Below, one piece after another: positions 1-12,445 of a stretch of 64,000 nucleotides of DNA. The notes beneath the pieces are model-generated. The model was not told the origin of the DNA and made no database searches. It was given only the letters and a program-made list of their open reading frames with translations. Numbering within the stretch: position 1 is the stretch's first letter; each line of letters opens with the position of its first letter. This stretch comes from Mayamaea pseudoterrestris (Eukaryota): NCBI GenBank assembly GCA_027923505.1, contig BROI01000032.1:186001-250000 (forward strand). Direction: 5' to 3'. The position numbers were made by a program, and so were the translations under genes.

Positions 1-210
1 TTGTCGATTCCGAACTTCTTGCTGGAGTGCCGCTGCGATCGCACAATGAATCATGAATTTGTGTGACGATCATCATGAAAACTGCGACGTTCCTTCCGTT
101 GAGCGAGTTTGCGCGCTGGCGCGGTCTCGAATCGCCGAGGATGGAGGGACTTTTCGACTTTCGAGTGAGGGAATTGGTTGCCTCCATCATCGCTGCACGC
201 CATTTCAACC

Positions 211-2208
211 ATGGCGAACGTTTCCGCAGTGTCAGCAACGGCGACACAACCGTCGGAAGGGTTTGTGGCAGTTCCAGAAGAAAGTGAACTCTGTCTATTA
301 TGCCTCGACTATCTGCGAGACTTGCGAAGATCCTATCCACCCCAAACACTTCGAAGCGTGGAAGGCTTACACGCTGACTATCTTACAGTCGCTTGCTGGG
401 CTCTCAGTCGGGCCTTTGCGGCTCCGGAACAATTGACTGCTGTACATGGGAATGATCCGTTCTTGGACTCGGCAAACATCGCGTCCTTGGCTGGAGATAT
501 TGACTTGAACAGCGGAGGACCAATTGTACTGTCTTCGCTGCGGTCCATGGAGGATGAGCTCATCTCAAAGGAGAACTTGCCGTCGGAAGATGCCGACCAA
601 AAGAAGGACGACGACGATGTATTTAATTTGTACGAGTACGATGACGCGCATGCCAGCAATTCGCATCGATTCTTTACGCTCTCCGGAATGGCCAGTGGAC
701 AGTCTCTGTCGGGACCGCTCACGCTGGGCGAGCTTGTTGCGGCTGGACTATCCGGCCTAGGAGCACGGTCTCGTCTGGATGCGGAACGGGCAATGATTCA
801 GTCACCCATGTTTCAGCAATTTGTACAGGCAGTCAAGGAACGGGGATTTTTTAGCGAGGATGATCTTGCCGCTGGTCAAGATCAAGGCAAGCTCTATGAG
901 CAGCGCTTTAGGAAAGTGGCAGCAAAATTTCGAACCAAGCTAGCTAACAAGGCGCAAGCGGAAGGCGTTGGAGACTGGAATGCCGCAATGGCAGCAGAAT
1001 ATCAGCGGCAGCAACGTAAATTGAAACTACAGGCGGTGATGGGGCGAATGGATTTGCCGGGAATAGAGACACAATCTGACTTGATGCTCGAAGTAACGGA
1101 TTTACCGACTCCAACTTCATACAGAACCAGGAAGCAATTTGAGCTATCACCAGTTGCATCTCGCAAAGATGCAACTTCAGATGGCGCTTCCGTGTCGGAA
1201 ATATTAACGAGCGAAAATCCGCACGATGCGGACGAAGCCGAACGATACAAGAACCAAGGCAATGGCCACATGCAGCGAAAAGAATACACACTAGCAGCCG
1301 AGTGCTACACAAAAGCACTCAAGATCTCACCAACTGGGGCCAATTCGCATGTCTATTTTAGTAATCGAGCGGCAGCACTTGTCAGTATGAAAATGTTCCA
1401 AGAAGCAATTTTAGATTCTGAACGCAGCCTTGCGCTGAAGCCTGATTATGGCAAGGCACACGCTCGATTGGGGTTGACTCACTTTTTGCTTGGCAACTAC
1501 CGACAAGCCATGGAAGCATATACAGTTGCTCTCAAGTACGAACCAGACAACAAGGGCAGTAAAGCTTACCTCGAAAAATCTGCTAAACGTCTTGCCGAAG
1601 TGGGCGAGGCTACAGCAATAAACTCTGAACCGAGCTTTTCCATCGTAAGTGAATGGGAAAAGACCTCTACAAACAAATTAGCAATAAAGACGGAACACGA
1701 TGATCATTCGAAATCCGGTGATGAAAGGGATGCCGAAAAGTACAAGGCCAAAGGGAACGCGCTCATGGCAAGTCGAGAATATGAGCTATCTGTTGCTGCC
1801 TACACCAAAGCAATTGCACTTTCAAGCAATGGTCCGCAATCTCATGTATACTATTCGAATCGAGCGGCGGCGCTGTGCTATCTGGAACGCTACTTGGAAG
1901 CGGAGGAAGATTCTTTAAAGTCCCTTTCCTTGAACCCTTCTTACGGAAAAGCACATGCTCGCCTCGGCCTCAGTCGATTCTTCATGCACGATTATGCTGG
2001 TGCAATTGAGGCTTATGACGCAGCACTCCAGCACGATCCAGAGAATGCTGCATCCAAGAGCTACCTCGCCAAAGCCAAAGTAAAACTTGCCGCTCTCCAA
2101 ACGGAGCAAGCAGCGAAGCGAGAAGCGGAGGATCAAGAGGCGCGACAGTTGACTTCGAAGGTCATGGCCAAGTCCAGCGAAGAGCTCACTGGTGATCCCG
2201 ACATGTAG
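211..2208 (+). CDS. SGT/SGTA-like TPR co-chaperone with two 3xTPR modules
   Basis: Intronless ORF; first ATG at 211. Two TPR triplets (AERYKNQGN..YFSNRAAA..YGKAHARLG and AEKYKAKGN..YYSNRAAA..YGKAHARLG) of the SGT/carboxylate-clamp type. Confidence 0.8.
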   Translation: MANVSAVSATATQPSEGFVAVPEESELCLLCLDYLRDLRRSYPPQTLRSVEGLHADYLTVACWALSRAFAAPEQLTAVHGNDPFLDSANIASLAGDIDLNSGGPIVLSSLRSMEDELISKENLPSEDADQKKDDDDVFNLYEYDDAHASNSHRFFTLSGMASGQSLSGPLTLGELVAAGLSGLGARSRLDAERAMIQSPMFQQFVQAVKERGFFSEDDLAAGQDQGKLYEQRFRKVAAKFRTKLANKAQAEGVGDWNAAMAAEYQRQQRKLKLQAVMGRMDLPGIETQSDLMLEVTDLPTPTSYRTRKQFELSPVASRKDATSDGASVSEILTSENPHDADEAERYKNQGNGHMQRKEYTLAAECYTKALKISPTGANSHVYFSNRAAALVSMKMFQEAILDSERSLALKPDYGKAHARLGLTHFLLGNYRQAMEAYTVALKYEPDNKGSKAYLEKSAKRLAEVGEATAINSEPSFSIVSEWEKTSTNKLAIKTEHDDHSKSGDERDAEKYKAKGNALMASREYELSVAAYTKAIALSSNGPQSHVYYSNRAAALCYLERYLEAEEDSLKSLSLNPSYGKAHARLGLSRFFMHDYAGAIEAYDAALQHDPENAASKSYLAKAKVKLAALQTEQAAKREAEDQEARQLTSKVMAKSSEELTGDPDM

Positions 2209-2943
2209 GGTCCAGAGGGCAGATAAACTCATCTCACACATAGAACGGACATCCATGGACACTGCGATAAAGTACTTTGACAAGTACAAGTAGGCTCCGG
2301 CGTTACGGCTTCGAGTACGACGTTTTACCTAAAACTAACAAATCATTTGGCAGGAGTTATCCCGGTTGCCGTCCGTGTTCGGAACGAGCTGCTCGGTATA
2401 CTCTAGGAGTAGTGGTACCAATACTACCCTACTACCCTACCGGTAAAATACAAAGCAAAACTACCGGTAATGGACTCCTTAACATTATTATTGCCCTTGT
2501 CTTCCAAGATTCACATCCCAGTACATAATATATTAACATAAACAGTCTGATATGTCCAAATCGTAATATTATACAAGCAGGAGTAGAACACCATTGCCTT
2601 TGTCAGGTGGCAGACGAAAGTTGGGCGCTGTGGCGAATGGATTAGTGACAGTGAGAAATATCACTGACCTGGTCGGAAAGCTACGACCACCGGTAGTCTC
2701 CCCTAAGTAATGATGACGCTCGAGTCATCCATGTGACATTCCAAATGAGTCAGCAGAATTCATGACGAACGGGCAATAACGCGGGCAATACGATAATTGT
2801 TTTGAGTGCCCTCAAAGAAGTCCACAGACGAAGAAAGACTGAACACGTTGCACGTCGGACTTATCTGCAAAGAAGCCCCATCGATCCCATGTTGAACCGC
2901 CAGATCATTGTTCATTTCTTTCGCTCAGCCGCTCAGCCCAAGC

Positions 2944-3708
2944 ATGTCAAGTGGTGGACACTCCAACAGCCTTAACAACGCGGTTGCAATGGTTCACTTT
3001 CAAGTAACCGATTCACCTACCATGACCATGCACCTCTCTCCAACTCCTATCATTCGAGCGCCGCGGATCCCACTGGAGCTGCAACGTGTGTTTCTAGCGT
3101 CAAACAGAGGGGAAACGGTCAACGTCCCACCAAAGAATGCCTTTCAAGTGTTTCCTCGCAACAAATCAAAGTCCATTGGCATGCGAAAAGTGAAGAGTTG
3201 TGAGCTTTTCACATTGTTGGACTCATCTTCGAGCGAGTACGACGACCTTTCAGTTTGCGAAGAGCGAAAGCGACCAAGACGAAACAGACGAATGCTCAAG
3301 TTTGCCGAGGGAGAGGCTACGCTCGAGTACGACCAAAGAAAGCCCACCAACCGATGCCACAACATCAAGTTTGTACCGAAGCAGGTTGACGCAATACCAA
3401 TCTCGCCTTTGCGGACAAAGGATGGTCCTGAATGGAGTGATAGCGATGCATCTCCTGCTTTAAAACCATCCTTGTATCTTCCCAAGGTGGACGCTTCACG
3501 CTGGAATAATGTTTGCAATGAGTTCTTTCCTCATTCCTCACTTCCCGTGCAAAGACACGTTCGAAGGTCGTCAATGGATTGTGCGCCACACTTTCCCATT
3601 CGTAGGAAGAGCGAGACCAGAGTGCATCCCATTCCGCGAAGGTCATCAATGGATTCAGTCCCTAAATTGCCTAGACGTTCAGGAGCTGAGCTTTGCATGG
3701 CTAACTGA
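2944..3708 (+). CDS. Hypothetical Ser/Pro/Arg-rich protein with repeated RRSSMD motifs
   Basis: ~254-aa ORF from the first ATG at 2944. Low-complexity, likely disordered, no recognisable domain; start uncertain. Confidence 0.55.
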   Translation: MSSGGHSNSLNNAVAMVHFQVTDSPTMTMHLSPTPIIRAPRIPLELQRVFLASNRGETVNVPPKNAFQVFPRNKSKSIGMRKVKSCELFTLLDSSSSEYDDLSVCEERKRPRRNRRMLKFAEGEATLEYDQRKPTNRCHNIKFVPKQVDAIPISPLRTKDGPEWSDSDASPALKPSLYLPKVDASRWNNVCNEFFPHSSLPVQRHVRRSSMDCAPHFPIRRKSETRVHPIPRRSSMDSVPKLPRRSGAELCMAN

Positions 3709-4106
3709 GGCATCTTGCTTACTGTGCATTGTACACAGTTTATTTCATCTGCAACTATTAGCCGCTGCACGTCAACAAGTATTGTACCTTTCTGAGATGG
3801 CTATTCTTGTCCAACTGAACATAGAAACCATAATTTGTACATAGAAGATGATATCATGTATTCTCTGGGTTTTACCACGCTTGTTTTTGCTTGATACATA
3901 CTATAGAAGTGGTAATGAGTGAGGTTTGTTAAGCTCGCACAACTTCAATAGTCGTAGCTAAGCATTCCTTGTTGATAACGGTGCGATATTAACGCCGAAT
4001 GGCGTCGTCAAAAATTCCGTGCAGTGGCATCGTTCGAGAGAGACCTTCCTGCCTGCTTTGACTCTTGCTGTCAACAAGAGGACCATTATGCTTTTGCTAC
4101 AATAAC

Positions 4107-6248
4107 ATGAAGTATCGAATTTTCTTCGCAGCGCAATGGATTTGTTTGACTTCTTGTCCTCTTCAGAATGCCGCAGCATGGACGGCGCCTGCTACTGCCA
4201 TTCGACAGCGGCAATGGAAACTAGATAGACGATTCAACGACCCAATACTTATGCAGAGCTGGATGACTCCATACGAAGAGATTTTGGATAGCTCAGATAT
4301 GTTGAAAGCAACTGATAAGCGATATCTCTCGCCCCCTCCTTCTTGGCAGCATCGTGTGTATTCCATCTTGCTGTGCTTGCAAATTCTGCTTGGAACTTGT
4401 CTTGGGACATGCCATGCCACCGAAGGCGCTGCACAGAAGATAGCTCAGTTGGCGGAGATATCTCCTCAGGTGGAGGTCATTCATCAAGTTGCTCAGTCTT
4501 CCGAGTATTCTGGCAGTCATAAACGTTACTGGTCGACCATGGAGCAAGGGTCGCTAGCGGAAAAGGAGGCTGCAAATCTTCATCTTCTCGACTATGCCGT
4601 CGGAACTGTCAATACAATGTACTACGATCACACAGGAGGAGTAGATTTTCAGCCACGAGACTTCTACAGTACTTTCAAATCATGGCTTCGAGTTGAAGCA
4701 CCAACTAGTCTGCACGATCGAACGGCAGTCGTGCAAGAGCTCAAGTCGCTTATATCCGGTCTCGATGACCCCTTCTCTAAGTATATGACACGGGAAGAGC
4801 TTAAAAAGGAGATGAGTACTTGGAACGATGGGTTTCTTGGACTGGGAGCAGTTGCAGAACCACCTAGCAAAGCATGGTACACTCACACTACTCCGGTTGT
4901 TGCCAATCTTCCGGCTCCACCACCGCCAACAGCAACGTCCCGGAACAAGCAAGATGCACGCATCTCTGTGAATAGAGTATTGTCGCTTCCCGTTGTGACA
5001 GCAGTCGCGCCAGACAGCCCGGCGGAGCGAGCTGGGTTGACAGTGGGCGATCGAATTGTCGCGGTCGGCCAGGACATTTTTCTAGGCAAGTCGGAGCAGC
5101 AGCTAGATAAGCTATTACAAGAGAGGTATTCAGCCGAAAACTATCTTGGACATCCAAGTTTGACCATCGCCAAACCAGTGTACGCAACGATACAATCAGA
5201 TGGCGGCCGTGGGGACCGCGATGTCATTGTCGCCTATCGCCCCACTCACGTGAGACTACCAACCGCATCTGTTGAACCATTTCAGCTGAATCCATGGCAG
5301 AAGGGTAACGCTATAGTTCACTACGAGCTGTTGTCGAGCGAGGACTCTATATTTGCACGGCAACGAGTCGGTTATATTAGGTTGACTCGCTTTTCTAAGG
5401 CGTCGACATCAGGTTTCATCAAAGCAGTGACCGATCTTGAAATGCGCGGAGCTACATCCTTTATCATTGACCTTCGCAACAATTATGGCGGCGTTATTCA
5501 GGAAGCCATGCTGACTGCGTCAACTCTTCTTCGGGATCCGCATTCGGTGCTATGCTATACAATGAATTCTCGCGGCGGCTTTACGACGCACGATGTGGAA
5601 GAATACGTGGTACACTCACGTTACCCTGGCTATTTATTAAGCAATGAGCCGAATAATGTTGTTCTGGCCCAAGTAAAGCGAGAAAATCCCTCTATTTTCG
5701 CCTCGGATGGCGTCAATTGGTCTCCTCCAAGCTCCTTTGCTAGCCTTCACGAACAAGCCACTAGGCGGAGTATACACAAGCATGCTTCCTTGACTCATTA
5801 CGCCAGCAATCGAGCCGATTCTGACCGCCAAAATCCATTTTACAGTGTGATTCGACGACCGATTGTATTGCTGGTGAATGAAGGCACGGCCAGTTCCGCG
5901 GAAGTTTTCGCATCGGCCCTCCGCGATAATGGCCGAACAGTCGCTCTCGTCGGAACGAAGACGTACGGCAAGGGTTTGATACAGCACACGTTTCCAATGC
6001 CAGACGGTGGTGCATTGAAACTCACTGTAGCAGAGTACTTGACACCAGCTCTCCAGCATGTGACCAAGGTTGGTGGCGCTCAATACAGTATGGGCGAACG
6101 AGTAGGAGGCGGCATTTTGCCGGACGTTGTCTGCGAGAGCAAGCAAGGAATTCCAAATAATATTGGCGCAGATTTGTGCATTGGTGTGGCCATGGACGCT
6201 TTGGAAGAGGCGGAGAGTGCCAAGATACAGTTTCTGAGCAAGCTCTAG
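4107..6248 (+). CDS. ctpA: C-terminal processing peptidase (S41A, PDZ + peptidase domain), probably plastid-targeted
   Basis: LDDPFSKYM; PDZ (VAPDSPAERAGLTVGDRIVAV); GYIRLTRFS; IIDLRNNYGG; catalytic Ser in GTASSAEVFA and Lys in TYGKGLIQ. N-terminal signal peptide followed by AAA-W. Confidence 0.88.
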   Translation: MKYRIFFAAQWICLTSCPLQNAAAWTAPATAIRQRQWKLDRRFNDPILMQSWMTPYEEILDSSDMLKATDKRYLSPPPSWQHRVYSILLCLQILLGTCLGTCHATEGAAQKIAQLAEISPQVEVIHQVAQSSEYSGSHKRYWSTMEQGSLAEKEAANLHLLDYAVGTVNTMYYDHTGGVDFQPRDFYSTFKSWLRVEAPTSLHDRTAVVQELKSLISGLDDPFSKYMTREELKKEMSTWNDGFLGLGAVAEPPSKAWYTHTTPVVANLPAPPPPTATSRNKQDARISVNRVLSLPVVTAVAPDSPAERAGLTVGDRIVAVGQDIFLGKSEQQLDKLLQERYSAENYLGHPSLTIAKPVYATIQSDGGRGDRDVIVAYRPTHVRLPTASVEPFQLNPWQKGNAIVHYELLSSEDSIFARQRVGYIRLTRFSKASTSGFIKAVTDLEMRGATSFIIDLRNNYGGVIQEAMLTASTLLRDPHSVLCYTMNSRGGFTTHDVEEYVVHSRYPGYLLSNEPNNVVLAQVKRENPSIFASDGVNWSPPSSFASLHEQATRRSIHKHASLTHYASNRADSDRQNPFYSVIRRPIVLLVNEGTASSAEVFASALRDNGRTVALVGTKTYGKGLIQHTFPMPDGGALKLTVAEYLTPALQHVTKVGGAQYSMGERVGGGILPDVVCESKQGIPNNIGADLCIGVAMDALEEAESAKIQFLSKL

Positions 6249-6476
6249 TTGTTTATGGCGCAGCTAGCGAGCCAAGCAGCCGCCAGCAACACTCCCGGAC
6301 GTGAAAGTCAACTGCTACTTTTCTATGAAATCGTTTCGTAGTTAATATACACGACAATAGGTATTCGCTTTTTGAGGCCTTATTTAGTCAGTGTTTACTT
6401 TATAATAAGACTATACAGGACTCCCACGGTCCTGGGCCTTTGGATCTGGCGAGTACATATCATGTTAGTCACGCTA

Positions 6477-6695
6477 CTACCAATTGCGAATGACGGAACG
6501 TTTCTTGTCTTCGACCAAGCGAACGTCCTTGGATGTGCGTAAAAAGTTGAGTCCAAACCCGACGCAGAGGAACATGGCACCAGTGAGGCAAGCAATGAGC
6601 GGATAAGTGGATGGATCCGAGAGCCAATTCGTCTTGACGCCGCGAGCTTTCAAGTTCATGTATTGGGTTGACACAAAGCGGCGTTGCGCCGCCAT
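6477..6695 (-). CDS. NDUFA4/MLRQ (B12D)-like small mitochondrial membrane protein
   Basis: 72 aa. WLSDPSTYPLI, one TM helix, then DVR..KRS, typical of the NDUFA4/B12D family. Confidence 0.7.
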   Translation of the reverse strand: MAAQRRFVSTQYMNLKARGVKTNWLSDPSTYPLIACLTGAMFLCVGFGLNFLRTSKDVRLVEDKKRSVIRNW

Positions 6696-7330
6696 GGATG
6701 ATCTGATAGTTAGAGCAGATGGCGAAATTGTGAGTATAAACGCTGAAAGATACGCTTTCGTGAAAGTAGAATCCGAATTTCGCATTGCATTTATTAAACA
6801 TTGAACTGCTCCTTTTGTCCTCACAATCTGACCATCATGACTCACCGAGCAAAGGCATTGGAGACTGGGCTAATCATTATTGATGCTTAGAGTGAGTAGA
6901 ATGCAATTACCGGCTTTGTGATTGTCATTCTGGAGCTTGCCATCGAATGCTTGTCGCGATCCATCTTCACCTCGCGGAACAATTCGGTGACACCAAAATG
7001 AAGCTATGAAATGCCTAGTGAGTCCTGGTACGACATTTGTTTGCGTCTCATCGCGAGACGCAACGACGACGATGATGGCCGAAAGGTCAATCGATCCACG
7101 ATCAAAAGCAGCCTGTGTGTCCTTCCTCCCTGCTGTATTGAAATCCTGCGCCGTCTTCTTGTAAATTACCCAAAAAAGCGACATCTTGCTAAACAAAATT
7201 GCTAACGAAACAGAGTTCAAAGCTGCGCCGCATTTGAAAAGTCACGCTCTCGACTCTCGAGTGGCTGCTGCACGCACTTATATATCGGATTGGTTTTATA
7301 TTTAGCGCATTTGAATAATTGTAAATTAAC

Positions 7331-9344
7331 ATGGTCGTAAAGAGTCCATTCTTTGCTCCAAAGACACCCATGGGGGAGCAGCAGACGCCGGGTGGAACCA
7401 AGCATGCTGTCAAGAAGGAGGTCGAAGAACACAAGTCGGGTTACTTTGGTACCGTCGCGAACCTCATGAATGCCATTGTCGGAAGTGGGATTGTAGGCAT
7501 ACCCTTTGCTATTCGCGAGGCAGGCTTTGTCGCTGGCATATTTTTGATTATTATTGCGGCTTTTATAACGGAAAAGTCGCTTCGATTGCTCATTGCGACG
7601 GCCAAGCATGTCCATGTTCCTTCCTATGAAACTTTGGCCGAAGCGGCCTTTGGTAAATTGGGCTTCAAGTTTCTTTGTTGCAACATGTTTGTCATGGCTT
7701 TTGGGGCACAGATCTCGTACTTGATGGTTGTCAAGGATACGTTCAGCGGCATTTTCCTTGGAGAAGCGGCGACGATTGCCAGCAAAAGAGCAGTCCTCTT
7801 GCTGGTGAGCCTTTCCATCATGGTACCACTAAGCTCACAACGAGACATGGCAGACTTGGCCAAGACGAGTCGAGTATCTGTCTTGATTGACGTCATTTTG
7901 GTTGGTCTCGTCGTGTACAGCGCTCCGATTGTTCAGTCGTTGCAAACGCTTCGTGAAGAAAATGATGGCGCTCCGATTGCAAGTATATTGATGAAGGACA
8001 CAATCCGCCCCGAGTCCATTTTCGTTGGCCTCGGTGTCTTGAGTTTTGCTTATGTCTGTCAGCAATCAGCATTTATTATTGCCGGTAGCTTAGAACGGCC
8101 TACGTTGAAGCGCTGGAGCGTTGTTACGGCGACAGCATTGACATTGTGCTGCTTTTTGGAATTGGCCATGGGCGCCTCGGGCTATTTGGCGTATGGGACA
8201 TTGACCGAAGGGAATATAATAAACAATTTGGATCCCAGCCTTTGGTCGGCGAATATAGCGAGATGCTTGCTTGGCACGACGATGCTTCTAGTGTATCCTC
8301 TCGAAAGCTTTGTCTCGCGCCACGTTTGCGTTGTTCTATTCTTTTCTGGACGGCGGGCACACGAAGGAGACGATTCGAGCATACTGAACCGACGAGATAG
8401 AAGGATTGGACTGACGGTTATGTTGTACGTCATGGCAGTCATTCCTGCTGCCATTTTTCAGGTAAGCGACACGAAAAGAAGTGGATTGGCGGTGGAGTGC
8501 GATGCATCACTAACTTGTGCGACTTCTATATTGACAGAACATGGGCAATATCTTGTCCATAACTGGGTCTGTAGGAGGTTCTTGTCTCTCATATATCGGA
8601 CCTGGTCTCGTATATCTCGGCATCCATGGCGGCAGGTTTATTGAACTTGTCGAAGGGTCGTGGCTGGGAAACATGCTCCCAGAAGCTTTAAAAACTGGCG
8701 CACTTAAAGAAAGCCATGACGGCCTCAACGCCGTCGAGACGACTCCATTAGTAGCTGGTGGCGTTGCAGCTGACGAAGCCGATGAACAACCCGATCCGGA
8801 CGAAAGTCAATTGCAAGAAAGTTTTGTTCGCCGCCTACTCATGTTTATCGTCTGGTACCTTGGAGGGTTTCCGATATGGATATCTATTGCACAAATTGGA
8901 AAGAGAAATTTGACAAATCATATACACGATCTTGCCCTCAAGTCGCCTCATCCAATTCGAATCGGCGATGTTGTATATACGGGCACTGAATTGAGTGATC
9001 TTAAACGAGCGTCTAGAGGTGCTGGTGATGTGTCGATTTTGAAAGCTGTCACTCGATCAGAGTCGTTGCCCCTAATCACGAGCGAGTCCGGTACAGACCT
9101 GTCTCAACTTGGCCGGCAGTCCGTCGTATTGGCCAATGCGTCTGGCGGGGATATTAACAAGCGAATAGGTCAAGAGCTGCTGCAAAAGAAAAGCAACCAA
9201 GCCATTGCCAGCGAAGAGGCTGACCCTCAACAAGCGCCACCGACATGGTACGACTTTTTTGTGGCCATTTTCTTCATACTGTTTGGAGTATTGGCTTTTA
9301 CAGCTGGCATTATATCACTCGTCATACAAAATAAGAACGAATAA
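7331..9344 (+). CDS. Amino-acid transporter, AAAP/SLC38 family (exons 7331-8461, 8538-9344)
   Basis: NLMNAIVGSGIVGIPFA, SFAYVCQ and multiple TM helices. A GT-AG intron at 8462-8537 with a CTAAC branch point joins the two ORFs in frame. Confidence 0.88.
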
Positions 9345-9567
9345 ACGATACGCACTTTGCGTACGACCAAGTCGGGACGCCAAGTTAAAGGATAATTGTA
9401 CACATCTTGCAGATGAAAAGACAAGCCACAATCTTGCGCTAGTGTAAATTGTTTAGATAATCCCTCTGAAAGCACACCTGCAAAAACATTCCCCCTTGAT
9501 TCATGGGAAAGTCGCATTGTTCTGCCGTAAAAATGGGTATCTTTGCTTTAAAATTGTATGCGTCGTT

Positions 9568-10428
9568 TTAAAAATTGGTCTGTGGTGACACTGTCGCTTC
9601 GCCGCCCAAGCCTGTGCATGTAGCAGCAAGCTTATCCATATTGCTTGCAAGCAACTCTGTACTACAATCATTGGCGCTGTCTGACGACTCGGTCCGACGT
9701 GTGCTTTCGCTCGCGCCAATGTCCAAAGTATCCTTGTCGCATGTCATGCTCTTTGGCAAAGCACACTCCACTTTCTTCAAAATTGCTCTCTCTGATGGGC
9801 TACTCTTGCGGCATTGCTGTCGACAAGACTCTTGCCTCTCAATATTCTTTTTGTGCTGCCATTCTTGCAGCCAGATGGCAGCTGGATCATCCACGCAGGC
9901 GTCCGACCACCGCTCTTGCCATCGTTTCCACTTGCGTCCGACGCTTTCAAAGAAGACAAATAATGTTTCAAATTCCTGCATGGCGATCGTATGAGCTCTC
10001 TGGCTTTTGATTCGTCGCAACTCCTTGGTAACCCGTTTCATCTCGCAAGCATGCAGCGTTTCGTCATTGTCGGCAACGTTCATTGGCTGTAGGAGCTCCC
10101 GACGCACCTCTGGCGGCATGCGCAGCTCGAGTTTCGCGCGTCGCACTGCGGCCTGCTCGTATTGATGAACGCTGACTTGGTACGAGCTGGTGACGTTCCA
10201 ATCCAACGTCACTGGAAGACCGCTCGATGTGGAAGGATGATCGCCAAGTATGACTGGGTACTCTTGTATGTGCAGACGATCGAAGGTGACGTGTTTGTGT
10301 TGTTGCGGAGGAGCATGGAATGTCGTTGCTGGTATAGTGTCGTCTACCTCTGGCTCTTCGATAATTAGAGCACGCTGTGAATTGCTAAGGTCTACTTGGG
10401 GCAGCGCTTGCTCAGGACCTTCGCACAT
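9568..10428 (-). CDS. Hypothetical protein with VTFD..QEYPVILGDHPS.SSG.PVTLDW motif (diatom-type uncharacterised family)
   Basis: ORF from ATG 10428. The motif resembles, from memory, an expanded family of uncharacterised diatom proteins. Confidence 0.65.
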   Translation of the reverse strand: MCEGPEQALPQVDLSNSQRALIIEEPEVDDTIPATTFHAPPQQHKHVTFDRLHIQEYPVILGDHPSTSSGLPVTLDWNVTSSYQVSVHQYEQAAVRRAKLELRMPPEVRRELLQPMNVADNDETLHACEMKRVTKELRRIKSQRAHTIAMQEFETLFVFFESVGRKWKRWQERWSDACVDDPAAIWLQEWQHKKNIERQESCRQQCRKSSPSERAILKKVECALPKSMTCDKDTLDIGASESTRRTESSDSANDCSTELLASNMDKLAATCTGLGGEATVSPQTNF

Positions 10429-11157
10429 GTTCACTGTCTTCCCAATGTGCACTGACGAAATTAGTCCAGGAAGAAAAAACAGCTGCCTGCCTGTTCAAAT
10501 CTGCAGCAGCCTGCGTGGATTAAAGCCTCACGTTCTAACGCTTTGATCGCTTGTCTTGATGACCCACGATGAATATAAGGTAGGAGAAGATAGTGAAGAA
10601 CTGGATGGCGAAAGTGGTTCAGAGATTATTGTAAAGAGGATGAAGCATGAAAACGAACGATGTGCGGCTCTCGTCACCATCCGAAGCGCAATGGCGGGCC
10701 ATTACTCCAGCAAAGCGGTTATGAAAGCGAAAAATCAGCTACCTATGTACTGACTGACCTTATCACATCCGATTCTTGTAGTTGCTTTCTTTCTAATTTT
10801 TAACGAATCATCCTCACTAGTTCTTCAGCTTGATGTGAAGCTTCAATTCAACTCAAGTCCATTCAGTTCTTCCTGTGACGGCGAGAGGGAAATTCCTTGT
10901 GGCCCCAGGCTGTCAAGGGTCAAGGCACCGGATAGGGAGACACTCGTGAAGCAGCATTCTACATTTTCTGCATGGCACTGTAATTATACAGTCATTTCTT
11001 AGCAAACCTACAAAGCCAGGTACTGCCTAGTTGTGAAGACAAAGGTTTTTATCACATCAAGTTGATTATGACCCTCGTTCCATTCCAGTAAACAGCAATC
11101 AAGTCCGCTGATAGTACCACTCCTGTGTGGCAATCGACATCTCTCATTGTTTACAAT

Positions 11158-11477
11158 TTAATCTTTCTTTCCAGTGCCAGTCGCCAAGTGATAGTATCCC
11201 GGAATCGCCTGAAACAAGCCAATCGTCACCAAACCAGCTCCAATCAAATTCGTCAACTTGTCGCCAGGCTGCTTTTGCCAAGTGAAAATGGATCGACCAC
11301 CAGCTTGGTAGTGGCGCTTCAATTCGTTAATCTGCAATATATTTATAGACAGAGAGATCATATAATAAGTATATCTGTCGCGTGCAGCAAGCGACGAGAA
11401 GAAGGCTGTCGCCAACCAAACGCTCCCTCGCATCAAATGACCCACACTCCTAACTCCTGCCCTGTCACTTTAGACAT
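11158..11477 (-). CDS. Small single-TM protein, probable cytochrome c oxidase subunit VIIa/Cox7-like (exons 11448-11477, 11158-11331)
   Basis: Spliced product MSKVTGQELGINELKRHYQAGGRSIFTWQKQPGDKLTNLIGAGLVTIGLFQAIPGYYHLATGTGKKD (67 aa); GT..CAG intron at 11332-11447. Confidence 0.6.
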
Positions 11478-12134
11478 TTTCGAATTTTAAGCGCAACCAT
11501 TGACACGCAATAGTATGTTTAACACTGCACAAGCATCGTCCAAATTTCAAATTGTTCAATTCAGTTGGGCCTACGTACTCGGTCCGGATAATTGGTCATC
11601 CAATCCAAAAAGGTTCGCTTCTGAACCGGGCGTTGCGGCGCCCGGTTCACAAGCTTGCTCGAAACAATACGAAGCGACATTTTGTAATGGTTGTAGTAAA
11701 AAGTTTAAAGAAGATAGCAGTGCAGTTGGAATAGGAAACACTTGAGCGATTTGCCGCCGCAGGAAACGCCTTGCTCCTGTGCGATCTCGATAACGATCGA
11801 AAAGGAGCTGAGATGTTTGAGAACCTGATCTCTAACTGTGAGTCCTGATCTACTGCTTCATCGTGAGCTATCCTTCTTGTCAACGGGCTGCGCCTCCAAC
11901 AATACTGCCAAGGTTAATTTTATAAATGAGATTGCGATGTATAGTAATGGCTGTATTGTATAAGATTACTACAAGACGAGCGACGGCAACATGATGCACC
12001 ATGTTCGACGAGAATGACCGCGCATGATTGTTTTTATCGCGCGGTCCACCGCGAGAAATCACAGTTTAAGATAACAAAGTTTTGTTAACATATGCAAGAA
12101 TTAAGGAAATGTAGAGTATGATTGTACCACTCGT

Positions 12135-12445
12135 TTACCATTCAAACTGTGAGAGATCATCACCGTCAACGAGCCGCTCCAAGCGTGACAGCAAATCGAA
12201 GTCTCCCTTGTCGCCAATGAGCAAGGCGTCAAGCTCCTTTTCAAATTCAGTGTCGTTCATCAAGTCTTGATCAATGGCTTCCGGCTGTGGGGTGCAGGAG
12301 CCAGCAGCAATCAGGTCAAGGTAGTGGAACTGCTTGCCCCATCCAGTGACAATGTCCGAGCTGGATGACACATGGTGTTCAACGACTTGCTCGCACGTTT
12401 CGTCGTGACTCACAACGGAGGATGTTGACATTGGAACGACAGTAG

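Noticed and set aside
2420..2700. Recurring (c)taccggta palindromes and ctacc repeats in intergenic DNA
   Set aside because: No terminal inverted repeats or target-site duplications could be defined, so a MITE or regulatory role is unsupported.
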